Shown one piece after another: positions 24,493 to 37,000 of a DNA stretch of 64,000 bases (position 1 is the stretch's first letter; each line of letters starts with the position of its first letter). The notes under the pieces were generated by a model. The model saw only the letters and a list, made by a program, of their open reading frames with translations. It was not told the DNA's origin and made no database searches. The position numbers were made by a program, and so were the translations under genes. The stretch is taken from the NCBI GenBank assembly GCA_950097015.1, contig CATNEN010000038.1:5704001-5768000 (forward strand). The letters run 5' to 3'. The DNA is from Macrostomum hystrix (lineage: Eukaryota > Animalia > Platyhelminthes).

Positions 24493-27400
24493 TTAGTTCA
24501 TTCTCGGAGTCCCCAGCTCAGTGTACAGCAACCGGTCCGGCTCTTGCCGCGTCCGCAGTGACTGACGCGCCGGCAGCAACCCGCCGGCCTCCGCACCAAT
24601 GTCGGCGGCCTCCATTTCGCCGGTTCTGTCAGCTGTCACATCGGCGTCGCCTGCAGGCTGCTCCTGTGGAATTCGCGGCCGCAGCTGATCGGCGTGCCGC
24701 CGCTCGATGACGCCGTCGTTGGTCTCCACTCGGTAGCTGAGCGGCCCGGTCTGCTCTGCAACCCGGCCCTCCGCCCACCGTTCGGCGCCGCGGCGGTAGT
24801 CTCGGGCCCACACCTGGTCCGGTAGGTAGTCGGCATGGCGAGCTGTGCGGTCGTGGAGCTGCTTCTGCGTGGCCTGGGCCCGCAGCACTCGGTCTCGAGT
24901 CGATGGCCGCATCAGGTCCATGCGGGTGCGCAGACCGCGGCCGAGCAGGAGCTGTGCCGGGGCCCGACCAGTGGTCGGGTGTTCCGTAGCGCGGTAGCCG
25001 AGCAGCCAGTTCTGCAGCCGTCTGTCGGCATCCCCCGCGTCCTCCCGGCTGGACTTCATGGCCCGCTTGAAGCTGCCTACCAGGCGCTCCACCAAGCCGT
25101 TGGTCTTCGGGTGGTACGGGCTGCTGCGGATATGCTGGATGCCGTTGCTCTTGCTGAAGTCGTGGAACTCCGCACTAGCAAATGCCGGTCCGTTGTCGGA
25201 CACGATCTGGCGTGGCAGCCCCCACTGCGCAAACAGTCGCCGAAGCCGCTTGACGACTTCGGCGCTCGTCTGGCCACCGACTCGCTCCACGTGCGGCCAC
25301 TTGGAATGCGCGTCCACCACCAGGAGGTAAATCTGGCCTTCCATGGGACCCGCGAAATCCACGTGGATCCGCTCCCACGGCTGGTCCGGCCAGATCCAGG
25401 GGTGTAGCGGCGCTTTCATCTCCGGTCGCGTCTGCTGGCACTGGCTGCAGGCGCTGGCCGTCCGCTCGATGTCCTGGTCCAGGCCGGGCCACCACACAAA
25501 GCTGCGCGCCACCGACTTCATTCTGACGACTCCAGTGTGATCGGTGTGCAACTCCTGCAGCACTCGAGGCCGCAGGGCTGCGGGGATGACAACCCGCGAA
25601 CCCCACAGCAGGCAGCCGTCCTCCAGGCTGAGCTCGTGCCGCCGTCGGTGGTACGGCTCCTGGGAGGCGCGCCAGGTGCGCGGCCAGCCATCCTGTGTGA
25701 ACCGCCGAACCTCCTGCAGATCGACGTCGCGGCGGCTGGCTCTGGCGATGTCCCTGGCCAGCAGCGGCCAGTCCTCGCTACCTGGCCGCTCTTCGTCGGT
25801 CCAGCACACGCCGCTTGGGTCCGCTGACTCCGCCTTGGTCGCTAAGGGTAGCCTCGACAGAAAGTCCGCGTTGCCGTGCTGGCTTGTGTTCCTGTAGCTG
25901 ATGTCGTAGTCGTAAGCGGCCAGGGTGAGTGCCCATCGCTGCAGTCGCGCTGCCGCCGTCGCCGAGACGCCGGTTTTCGGGCCGAAGATGCTCGTCAGAG
26001 GCTGGTGGTCGGTGATGATAGTGATCTTCTGGCCGTAAATGTAATTGTGAAATTTCTTGACGCCGAAGATGATCGCCAGCGCCTCCTTCTCGATCTGGGC
26101 GTAGTTCTTCTCCGCAGCATTCAGGCTCCTGGAGGCGAAGGCGATCGGTTTCTCAGTTCCGTCGGGCGCCACGTGGGAGATAACGGCTCCGATGCCAACA
26201 GAGGAGGCGTCCGCGGCCAGCACCAGCGGCCAGTCGGGGTTGTAGCAGGTCAGAACGGTGTCCGACGAGAGGGCCTCTTTCAGTGCCTCCCAGGCTGACT
26301 GCTGGCGCGCTGTCCAGTCCCACGCGGTGTCCTTTCGGAGGAGTTCGTACAGCGGGGCCGCTTTCGTAGAGAAGTTGGCGACGTGCTTGGCGTAATAGTT
26401 GGCCAGGCCGAGGAACGACCGCAGCTCGGACACGGTGGCTGGCTTCGGGCTGGCCCTGATGGCCTCGACCTTCTTGGGGCTCTTCCGGACCCCCTCACCG
26501 CTAATGAGTGAGCCAAGGTACTCCACCTCGCTCTCGAAGAACCGGCACTTCTCCACTTTGAGTCGGAGGCCCGCGCTGCGCAGGCGGCTCAGCACCTCCC
26601 GCAGGTTGTTGAGGTGATCGGCCGTGCCCTTGCCGGCCACCAGGATGTCGTCGATCCTGCAACACGTCGAGCTGGTGCCCTGCAGCACGGATTCCATGAT
26701 CTGCTGGCAGAGCGCTGGCGCTGAGCTGACCCCGTACGGCAGTCGCTTGAACCGGAACAAGCCCTTGTGGGTGTTGATGGTGGTCAGGTCCTGGCTGGCC
26801 TGGTCCAGCGGAAACTGCAGGTAGCACTCAGACAGGTCCAGCTTGGAGAAGATCCTGCCGCCGCCGACCGCGTCGTAGAGTTCTTCTGGCGTCGGCATTG
26901 GGTAGTGGTCGGTCTTCAGCTGTGGGTTCAGCGTGACCTTGTAGTCACCGCACAGCCTAAGGGCCCCGTTTGGCTTGCTGACGGGCACCACCGGTGTCGC
27001 CCAGTCGCTGTGCAGCACCGGCTCGACAACCCCCGCCTCCTGCATCCGTTGCAGCTCTGCCTCGATCTTGGACTTCAGAGCGTACGGGACAGGCTGGGCC
27101 TTGCAGAACCTCGGCTGAGCATCCTCCTGCAGCCGTAGCTTCACGCTGTGCCGTATGAAGTTACCCAAGCCCGGCTGGAACACATCTGCAAACTCCTGCA
27201 GCAGGCCCTCCAGTTCTGGCGGCGTGGCGGGGCTGGAGGTGGTGGCCGGCACCGTTGGGCTGCTGATCGCGAAGATCTCCTTCCAGTCCAGCCGGATGCC
27301 CCTGAGCCAGTTCCGGCCCATCAGTGGGCTCGCCTTCTCCAGGCTGGTGAGGATCAGGGGCAGCTGGCAGGCCTGGCTGCCGTACTCCACCGCCACCTCC

Positions 27401-28440
27401 GCCGAGCCCATGACAGGAATGCTCTCGCCTGTCCAGGTGCGCAGCTTCACCTCCGTCTTCTGCAGCTTCGGCCGGCCCAGCTGCTCCCAGTGCCGCTTGG
27501 ACACGAGGCTGACGCAGGCTCCGGTGTCCACCTGCATTTTTAGTGGCCGTCCATTGATGTTCAGCTGGATGCTGATGTGGCTCTCCTCACTGCTGCGGAC
27601 CTGGGAGACCCACGTCACCTCCAAGTCCTCACTGTCGCTGCTGCTGTGCACCTCGCTCCCACCTCTGTTGACAGCCCGGATAGACTTCCTGCTCTTGGAG
27701 CCGCTGAATTTCGAGCCACCCCTCTGACTGCTCGAAGCTGCCCCGGCGCTGGCCTTCTGGCTGGACAGACAGACGGCCTTCAGGTGTCCCAGCTTGCCGC
27801 AGGCGTGGCACTTGGTGTTCCTGTGCGGGCACTCGGAGGATAGGTGCAGCCTAGAGCCGCAGCGCATGCAGGGCCGCCGCCGTGGCGGGGCCTCTCCTAC
27901 CTGGTTGACCTCCGGCCTGGCCCGCCAGCTGTTGGCCTCCGCCTCTGCCATCTCTGCCGCCTGAGCGATCTCCTTCGCCTTGTCGAGCGTCAGAGTGCTG
28001 ACGGTCAGCAGCCGCTTCTGCACTTGCGGCTCCCGGAGTCCGCAGACGAAGCAGTCGCGCAGGGCATCCTCCAGGAAGGTGGCGAAGTCGCAGGTCTCCG
28101 CCAGGTTCCTGAGGGCGGCCAGGAACTGAGCTGCGGACTCTCCGTCCCTCTGGGTCCGCTTGTAGAAGCGAAACCGCTCAGCGATGACCGGCTTCTTTGG
28201 CTGGAAGTGCTCCTTGAGTCGCTTGACCAGCTCCTCGTAGTCCAGGTCCGTAGGCTTTGCAGGCGAGCACAGGTTCCGGAGAATGGCGTAGCATTGGCGG
28301 CCGATCAGAGTGAGAAAAACAGCCTTCTTCTGGTCCTCCCCCTTGATCCTGTTGGCGGTCATGTACAGGGCGACGGGCTCCTCGTAGGCGCACCAGTCTT
28401 TTCCCTCCTTGAAAGGCTCGACTGTGCCGATGCTAGACAT
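24493..28440 (-). CDS. Gag-Pol polyprotein (single ORF, ~1315 aa from ATG 28440)
   Basis: Two CCHC knuckles (CMRCGSRLHLSSEC, CHACGKLGHLKAVC), protease VDTGA, RT (LDLSECYLQ, LPYG, RIDD), RNase H (ADAS, EKEALA, TDHQPL), integrase (HHCC, HVDFAG, SDNG, GLVER). Order PR-RT-RH-IN. Confidence 0.97.
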   Translation of the reverse strand: MSSIGTVEPFKEGKDWCAYEEPVALYMTANRIKGEDQKKAVFLTLIGRQCYAILRNLCSPAKPTDLDYEELVKRLKEHFQPKKPVIAERFRFYKRTQRDGESAAQFLAALRNLAETCDFATFLEDALRDCFVCGLREPQVQKRLLTVSTLTLDKAKEIAQAAEMAEAEANSWRARPEVNQVGEAPPRRRPCMRCGSRLHLSSECPHRNTKCHACGKLGHLKAVCLSSQKASAGAASSSQRGGSKFSGSKSRKSIRAVNRGGSEVHSSSDSEDLEVTWVSQVRSSEESHISIQLNINGRPLKMQVDTGACVSLVSKRHWEQLGRPKLQKTEVKLRTWTGESIPVMGSAEVAVEYGSQACQLPLILTSLEKASPLMGRNWLRGIRLDWKEIFAISSPTVPATTSSPATPPELEGLLQEFADVFQPGLGNFIRHSVKLRLQEDAQPRFCKAQPVPYALKSKIEAELQRMQEAGVVEPVLHSDWATPVVPVSKPNGALRLCGDYKVTLNPQLKTDHYPMPTPEELYDAVGGGRIFSKLDLSECYLQFPLDQASQDLTTINTHKGLFRFKRLPYGVSSAPALCQQIMESVLQGTSSTCCRIDDILVAGKGTADHLNNLREVLSRLRSAGLRLKVEKCRFFESEVEYLGSLISGEGVRKSPKKVEAIRASPKPATVSELRSFLGLANYYAKHVANFSTKAAPLYELLRKDTAWDWTARQQSAWEALKEALSSDTVLTCYNPDWPLVLAADASSVGIGAVISHVAPDGTEKPIAFASRSLNAAEKNYAQIEKEALAIIFGVKKFHNYIYGQKITIITDHQPLTSIFGPKTGVSATAAARLQRWALTLAAYDYDISYRNTSQHGNADFLSRLPLATKAESADPSGVCWTDEERPGSEDWPLLARDIARASRRDVDLQEVRRFTQDGWPRTWRASQEPYHRRRHELSLEDGCLLWGSRVVIPAALRPRVLQELHTDHTGVVRMKSVARSFVWWPGLDQDIERTASACSQCQQTRPEMKAPLHPWIWPDQPWERIHVDFAGPMEGQIYLLVVDAHSKWPHVERVGGQTSAEVVKRLRRLFAQWGLPRQIVSDNGPAFASAEFHDFSKSNGIQHIRSSPYHPKTNGLVERLVGSFKRAMKSSREDAGDADRRLQNWLLGYRATEHPTTGRAPAQLLLGRGLRTRMDLMRPSTRDRVLRAQATQKQLHDRTARHADYLPDQVWARDYRRGAERWAEGRVAEQTGPLSYRVETNDGVIERRHADQLRPRIPQEQPAGDADVTADRTGEMEAADIGAEAGGLLPARQSLRTRQEPDRLLYTELGTPRMN

Positions 28441-28452
28441 CCTCGTCGCCAC

Positions 28453-28703
28453 TGTGGAGTCGGACTCCAAATAAGAAAGCTGAACAGTGTGTGTCCGTGA
28501 GAAGCCTCGTAGTGGCTAAGCTTCGCTTGCCGTGATTCACCGCGGCCATGCGGCCACTATATTTACCTTGCTCCCGGGAGGGGAGACTTCCCAACATGCC
28601 TCCGCCTGTTTGGGGGTGGGGAGAGAAAGATAGCGTACTGTACTCTGGGTACGGGCAGACAAGGGTTCGGAGCGCACACAAAGAGTTCGAAGCAAACACT
28701 ACA
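28453..28703 (-). repeat. 5' LTR
   Basis: Followed on the minus strand by the PBS and the gag ATG. Confidence 0.97.
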
Positions 28704-31002
28704 ATCTGGACTATAGGATACATTAGGGTAAGTTTTAGTATTTTATAATTTATGCAATTAGGTAAAGTGGCCACCTGACTGAAAAAACTGCATAACTTTG
28801 AGATAGGGCCCTGTTTAAACATTTCGTAATAATAATTTCCTGCAAAATTATTATTTTGTTTAACTGCATGCAAATGTTGTTTTAATGCACCAATTAGTTT
28901 ATTCACATCAAAAATAAAGGTTTTAATGAAGTTGCAGAGATTAGGTCGAGGGTAAGCTTCTTTTTAGTATAAATACACAAGTGAGAGAAGGCAGAAATCA
29001 ACATTTTTGTAGGTTTTGTACAACTTGTATGTGTTGAAATGTTAGTGCTCAGAATAAAGAAAGATTGAAAGTGTTTGTCTCAAAGTTATTTGAAGATATG
29101 AAGAAAGAGAAGTGAATATAGTGAAAGGAGAGCTGTAACCCTAGATCCACTGGTAGAGCCCAAGACAGACTGAAGACTATCATAAAATAACTCTGTGACA
29201 ATTTTGGTGGCATTATTAGGATTAGGAAATAAGTTAGCCCTACAAAAACTTTGGTAGCAACTTTGGTAGCAATGGTGGGATTTTTAGTTATCAAATTAAC
29301 AGCCCTAGAACAACTTTTTTTGTGGTTAGAGGTGGCACCTATTGATCAGTTAAAACATACTTTTTTAATTAATATCCTAGAGATTAACACAAATTAAAAT
29401 AAAAGTCCAATTTCTATCTCCTTTACTCCCCAAATTTGTACTTTTGTATCTACTGTATTCTTAAATCTATTCATTTTTAATAAACAATTACAAAACTAGC
29501 ATCAAGTAGTCTAACAAATCTAACAAGCAATATCACTTTGTGGGTCATAGGGCCAAGGCCAATCAGACAGCAGACAAGCAGACAAGCAGACACTAAGCAC
29601 ACACCAATGCTTCCTCCAATGAGTGACGGCTGCTCAATATGGGCTCTAGAAATTGTCTTACTTCTTTACTTACTGAATTGTGTTAGTTGGAATTGCATTG
29701 TTGCACCTTAGATTTCTTTATGAGATATCCTGATAGCAAAATATGACCTATGTTTCTATTTAGTTATTAGATGAAACCAAAAGTCATTAAATATCCCAGC
29801 ACTCATAGACTTGATATTGTTTTCTCAAATTACGATCCATTTATGTAGGTCACTTTTTCACATACAAACTGGCTAAGCCCCTCATTTATGAACTATTGCT
29901 TCTTGGGCCTACTGTATTCTTTCATGGAAAGTTATGAAAACATAGCCTTCTTTTGTTATTTTTGTTAGCTTTCATAACCACAAATCATGTCTGCTACCAA
30001 CCACACAAGTGGTTTCGTTTTCAGCATTGCACTAGACAGTCTAAACAACTGCCTGATTTTAGCAACAATTTCCAAAAGAAAACTCTATGCAAATATTTTG
30101 GTTAAAGATCAATGTTTACAATTTATTTCAATAGTAAGAATTAAATAGTTTTAGAATTCAAATCATAGGCCTAAGTTACTTATGAATATGAATAAACAAA
30201 TAGTTTGTAGCTCATTATATATCAGGTCAAGCTGCAAAATTATTCCAATTGTTTAAATATTTGAGTTAATTCCTTCAACTTTTCTTTTGCTGTATAAGTA
30301 ATTTTAGTCTTTTTTATTAACTGCTACAATGCGCAATCAGGGCAATGGTCAAGGTAGCTGTTCATTATTGATTGACAAATATGAAAATCAGTAAAATGAC
30401 TCAATAAAATGCTATTTAAATGTAGGCATACCTAAAATTTTATTTGTATGTATTGTCAGTATCAATTCAATTTCGGTTTTTGCTTATTAAAAAACCGAAG
30501 GATCTTCTTTATATTTCTTTATATTCTTCATATTAAGGTAACATAAAGTAAACATTATGCACTTACTAGAACATTATTGCATGACGTTCTGCAACTTGTG
30601 TCATATATTCCATATGTGGTCAAGTGGTAGAGCTACCCTTAAAGTGACTTTAAAGGTTGTACTGTATAATTACAATTTATAGTAAATATAAATTACACCA
30701 GTTGAGCCAGATGTAGAGCCGACAGCAATTCTAAAGGCTGTTCAGTCTGTGGACTGGGGAAGCTGTCGCACACACCCTCCTGTCCCAAACTTCTTCCCAG
30801 CTTATGCTGACAATAATATGTCTGTATTTAAGAACTAGTAAATAAAGTTGTTTTGCTCGAGCTACACAAATTGCAAGTTGCAAGTTAGTTGCTCTCCTGA
30901 CTATAAACTATCAATATTTTCAGTCACTGGCTGTGACACATTAGTCAACTTACAATATTGGCTTAGCAGCTTTGAAGTACAACCCGAACTGCAAGTGAGA
31001 AA

Positions 31003-34000
31003 ATGGGCTCCAGCGAGCAACTGTACCGCTGCGAGCATCGGGTCACAGTGAAGGACCGGGAGGAGCGCCTTGCCCGCATCCAGGTGGTCTTGGAGCGGCT
31101 GACCCTCACATCGCCTCTGCTGAGACGTGAAATTCAAATCCGTCTCACCGACGAAGCGGATCTGCAGTTTCTGTTCACCCTGCGGCTGAGTGAGGACGAC
31201 TTTCAGGTTAGTTGCTCTCCCATACAGCAATCATTAATGCTCTTTGTGCTTGTACGGATCCATTGAAATTGTAATATCCGACGAAATTATTAAATCAAAT
31301 GTTCTTCAGATCCTGAAAAATCCCCGAATTCTAAACAAAGAAAATCCACGGATCCCCAATTAATAAAATCCCTAGTTTATAAATTTCGAGTTATAAATAC
31401 TAGCACTCTAAGATCCTTAAGCGAGGGAATCCCCAAATCCTCAACCGAGGGAATGACCAAATCCTCAAACCGAGGAAATCCCAGATCCCTAACGGAGGAA
31501 ATTCCCAGATCCTCAACCCAGGTAATCCCAGATCCTCAACCTATAGTATTCCCAAATGATCAACTAAGGGAATCCCAGATCCTTAACCGAGGGAATTCCC
31601 AGATCCTCAACCTATAGTATTCCCAAATGATCAACTAAGGGAATCCCAGATCCTTAACCGAGGGAATTCCCAGATCCTCAACCTATAGTATTCCCAAATG
31701 ATCAACTAAGGGAATCCCAGATCCTTAACCGAGGGAATTCCCAGATCCTCAACCTATAGTATTCCCAAATCCTCAACTGAGGGAAATCCCAGATCCTTAA
31801 CCGAGGGAATTCCCAGATCCTTAACCGAGGGAATTCCCAGATCCTCAACCTATAGTATTCCCAAATGATCAACTAAGGGAATCCCAGATCCTTAACCGAG
31901 GGAATTCCCAGATCCTCAACCTATAGTATTCCCAAATCCTCAACTAAGGGAATCCCAGATCCTTAACCGAGGGAATTCCCAGATCCTCAACCTATAGTAT
32001 TCCCAAATCCTCAACTGAGGGAAATCCCAGATCCTTAACCGAGGGAATTCCCAAATCCTTAACCTAGGGAATTCCCAGATCCTCAACCGATAGAATTCCC
32101 AGATCCTCAACCGATAGAATTCCCAGATCCTTTGACAACGGAATTCCCGTATCCTTAGTCAAGAGAATCCCAAGACTTAAATAGAATTTCCCGATCCCCA
32201 ACGAAGATAATCTGTGATCTGGGGATCCTCAAGGAATCCTGAGAATCTCTTCCATCTATTTGAAGAATTTCAATTTTCGTTGAAAAATCAATAGATTCTC
32301 AATCGATTTCATCCTAAGCTCCTCCGTCAATGGAATCCCCGTATCCTCACTCAGAGTTGTCCAAGATTCCTAATCAATGGAGATACCAGATCTAGGATTC
32401 CCGATCTTATAAATTGTAGCATTTTCGGGGATATTTGTGAGTTGGGAGTAGGTTTTACTTCTGAATCCTGGCTAGTTGTCTGTAAATTAAAAATTCATCG
32501 ATTATCCTCTAACTGTGTGTTTGTTCTTTAGCTGCAACGGACCTTTCATTTAATTTCTAGGTGCTGAAACAGCAGCAGGGTCTGCTTGTGGACTTTGGCG
32601 CTTTCGCCCAGAAACTCATTGACCTGCTGCAGCTGTGCCAAGCTGAGGAGGGGCGAGACGCACCGAGGTTTGTGACATTCTGACTTTTTAGAGTTAGAGA
32701 CTCTGACTAAAAGAGTTTTTTTATTTATTAAGGATCTTGGATCTTTGATTTAAAGATGTGGGTTTTTTGTTATTGATCTGCTATTTTTTCGATTTGGCAT
32801 CTGGGGTCAAGTTATTTTCAGATATGGTATTCCTTTGCTTAGGTATCTGGGATTTCTTTGTTTATTGATGTCGGATTTCTGTAGTTAGTACACTGGGATT
32901 TCTTTGGTTAGTACACTGGGATTTTTTAGGTTAGTACAATGGGATTTCTTTGGTTAGTACGATGGGATTTCTTTAGTTAGTACACTGGGATTTTTTAAGT
33001 TAGTACAATGGGATTTCTTTGGTTAGTACACTGGGATTTTTTAGGTTAGTACAATGGGATTTCTTTGGTTAGTACACTGGGATTTCTTTGGTTAGTACAT
33101 TGGGGTTTCTTTGGTTAGTACATTGGGGTTTCTTTGGTTAGTACACTGGGGTTTCTTTAGTTAGTACACTGGGGTTTCTTTGGTTAGTACACTGGGGTTT
33201 CTTTAGTTAGTACACTGGGGTTTCTTTGGTTAGTACACTGGGGTTTCTTTAGTTAGTACACTGGGGTTTCTTTGGTTAGTACATTGGGGTTTCTTTGGTT
33301 AGTACACTGGGGTTTCTTTGGTTAGTACACTGGGGTTTCTTTAGTTAGTACACTGGGGTTTCTTTGGTTAGTACACTGGGGTTTCTTTAGTTAGTACACT
33401 GGGGTTTCTTTGGTTAGTACACTGGGGTTTCTTTGGTTAGTACACTGGGGTTTCTTTAGTTAGTACACTGGGGTTTCTTTGGTTAGTACACTGGGGTTTC
33501 TTTGGTTAGTACACTGGGGTTTCTTTAGTTAGTACACTGGGGTTTCTTTGGTTAGTACACTGGGGTTTCTTTGGTTAGTACACTGGGGTTTCTTTGGTTA
33601 GTACATTGGGGTTTCTTTGGTTAGTACACTGGGGTTTCTTTAGTTAGTACACTGGGGTTTCTTTGGTTAGTACACTGGGGTTTCTTTAGTTAGTACACTG
33701 GGGTTTCTTTTGTTAGTACACTGGGGTTTCTTTGGTTAGTACATTGGGATTTCTTTGGTTAGTACACTGGGGTTTCTTTAGTTAGTACACTGGGGTTTCT
33801 TTGGTTAGTACACTGGGGTTTCTTTAGTTAGTACACTGGGGTTTCTTTGGTTAGTACACTGGGGTTTCTTTAGTTAGTACACTGGGGTTTCTTTTGTTAG
33901 TACACTGGGGTTTCTTTGGTTAGTACATTGGGATTTCTTTGGTTAGTACACTGGGGTTTCTTTTGTTAGTACACTGGGGTTTCTTTGGTTAGTACACTGG

Positions 34001-37000
34001 GGTTTCTTTAGTTAGTACACTGGGGTTTCTTTAGTTAGTACACTGTGATTTTTTTATATCCCCAGATCATAAATGCAATTTATTTTTTTACTAAGTTTTA
34101 AAAAATTGAAAGTGCATTTAGACGGATATGTGAGAGAGTGAGAATGTGTGTGTGCACCTGTGTCTGCTATACTACAGCTGTGGTTTTAGTGTTTATTCCT
34201 AGTACGATTTCTATCTAAGGGGGTAGGACTCTTGTCAGCTGTTTTATTGATTGATGTTTTCTTGCTACATTTTGTGCACCCTTGAGTAGCCGCACTGGGT
34301 TCTGCTTTAGGCAGTCTATTGATCTGTCTAGTACGTTAGAAGTGGTTGAAAAAGGACTGAGTGAACCGCCAGTTACACATTCATTCGCAACATACAAGGT
34401 TTGTAACGTTGATTACCTGATCCGAAACTGCCTGGTGTGACGAAAAATGTTATATGCTTCATTGGGGATCTGGTATTCATTTAATTGAGGATCTGAGATT
34501 TCTTTATTGATAATCTGCGATTCCTTCATTGGGGATCTGGTATTCATTTAATTGAGGATCTGAGATTTCTTTATTGATAATCTGCGATTCCTTCATTGGG
34601 GATCTGGTATTCATTTAATTGAGGATCTGAGATTTCTTTATTGATAATCTGCGATTCCTTCATTGGGGATCTGGTATTCATTTAATTGAGGATCTGAGAT
34701 TTCTTTATTGAGGATCTGGGATTCCTTTATTGAGGATCTGTGATTCCTTTATTGAGGATCTGGGATTCCTTTATTGAGGATCTGGGATTCCTTTATTGAG
34801 GATCTGGGATTCCTTTATTGAGGATCTGGGATTCCTTTATTGAGGATCTGGGATTCCTTTATTGAGGATCTGGGATTCCTTTATTGAGGATCTGGGATTC
34901 CTTTATTGAGGATCTGTGATTCCTTTATTGAGGATCTGGGATTCCTTTATTGAGGATCTGGGATTCCTTTATTAAGGATCTGGGATTCCTTTATTGAGGA
35001 TCTGGGATTCCTTTATTGAGGATCTGCGATTCCTTTATTGAGGATCTGGTATTCCTTTATTGAGGATCTGGGATTCCTTTATTGAGGATCTGGGATTCCT
35101 TTATTGAGGATCTGGGATTCCTTTATTGAGGATCTGGGATTTCTTTATTGAGGATCTGGGATTCCTTTATTGAGGATCTGGGATTCCTTTATTGAGGATC
35201 TGGGATTCCTTTATTGAGGATCTGGGATTCCTTTATTGAGGATCTGGGATTCCTTTATTGAGGATCTGCGATTCCTTTATTGAGGATATGGGATTTCTTT
35301 ATTGATAATCTGCGATTCCTTTATTGAGGATATGGGATTTCTTTATTGATAATCTGCGATTCCTTTATTGAGGATCTGGGATTCCTTTATTGAGGATCTG
35401 GGATTTCTTTATTGATAATCTGCGATTCCTTTATTGAGGATCTGGGATTCCTTTGTTTAGGATCTGGGATTCTCTTGGTTGGAGCTGGAAAGCTTGGTTT
35501 TCATTAATTGAGGATCTTTACTTGTTATCTGTGAATTCTTTTGTTCATAATCACCCTAGTTGATTGGTTGATCGTGTTCAAATTTTTATTTTGTCAATTT
35601 ATCCTATGTGTATTTCCAAGTCCTTATTTTGTACACCCTTCTATGTATTTACACGTTTTTCTACACATATCGCCATACAAAACGAACTGTATCCATGCCA
35701 TCAGCGCATGATAACACCCCAGCTACGAATCTTTCTCTGCCAGGTACGTCCTGCACCTTACGCCAGGCCCCGAGCACTGGTGCCTCAACGTGGTGGAAAC
35801 CAATCCTTTCAAGCACCTGACGCACCTGTCCCTGCGCTTTCTGGCTGGCAGCGATGCCGACGTGCGCGACTACCTGGCCGGCTGTCTGAAGAAGCTGCGA
35901 TTGGACACCAACCTGGCCACTAAGACGGCCGCCGCCACCGAGGCCGACCTGCGCGCCAGGCTCGAACGCTGCCAGGAAAGCCTGGCGGGCCGCACCGCTG
36001 AGCTGGAACGACTGCGCTCCGACCTGGAGGCCCGGAGTCAGGAGGCGGCGACCAAGGCTGCCGCCGAGTTGGCCTATGAGCGCCAAAAGGTTGACATCTG
36101 CTCCCTTCATCACTCCCTCAGTGTCTTTTTTATTTCATTCACAAACCTGATTATGCCTGTCCCGCTTCTATTCCACCTCCTCCTCAGGCCTCAATCCGCA
36201 CCCTTCCCCAGGCCTCAACCAGCCCCTTCCTCAGGCCTCGATCCGCCCCTTCCTCATGTCCGCCGCTTCCTAAGGCATCGATCCGCCCCTTCCTAAGGCA
36301 TCGCCGCCCCTTCCTCGTGTCCACCGCTTTCTCAGGCCTCAATCCGCCCTCTTGTAATGTCCGAATTCGCTCACCATTTCTGTATCCTTGTTCAGTCCTA
36401 AGGCATGGCAATTCATTACTGACCTCCGCCCCACAGGCCTCAGAGGCGCAGCAGGTGTTCCAATCGAAATACGAACGGGACAAACGCGAACTCGAGCAGG
36501 CCCACCTGCGCATTGTTAAGCAGTTGGAGAATCAGAACGGCGAGCTGACCGCCTCGTGCAAGAGCCTGCAGGAGGAGAACTTCCGTCTGGAGCTGCAGCT
36601 GAAGGAAGCGGCGGCGCGAACCAGCCGGCTGGAAGAGGTTAGACAAATTTTGGTTTCTTGCAAGCTGTCTAACACTAGACTAACAAGCTGTCTAACACTA
36701 GACTCACAAGCTGTCTAACACTAGACTCACAAGCTGTCTAACACTAGACTCACAAGCTGTCTAACACTAGACTCACAAGCTGTCTAACACTAGACTCACA
36801 AGCTGTCTAACACTAGACTCACAAGCTGTCTAACACTAGACTCACAAGCTGTCTAACACTAGACTCAAGCTGTCTAACACTAGACTCAAGCTGTCTAACA
36901 CTAGACTCAAGCTGTCTAACACTATACTCGAACTGTCTAACACTGGACTCAAGCTGTCTAACACTATACTCAAGCTAGACTAAAAAATACTTACTGAAAT

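Larger units (their letters stand above)
24209..28703 (-). mobile_element. Full-length Ty3/Gypsy LTR retrotransposon (Mag-like), ~4.5 kb
   Basis: 251-bp LTRs at 24209-24459 and 28453-28703 (TG...CA). 5-bp TSD ATCTG at 24204-24208 and 28704-28708. PBS TGGCGACGAGG just inside the 5' LTR. PPT GGGAGGGGGAAAA before the 3' LTR. Intact gag-pol. Confidence 0.98.

Noticed and set aside
28441-28470. ORF-track start (GTG at 28470) for gag-pol
   Set aside because: Lies inside the LTR/PBS; ATG at 28440 is the more plausible start.
24835-28500. Many + strand ORFs antisense to gag-pol
   Set aside because: Expected shadow ORFs of a GC-rich coding strand; no motifs.
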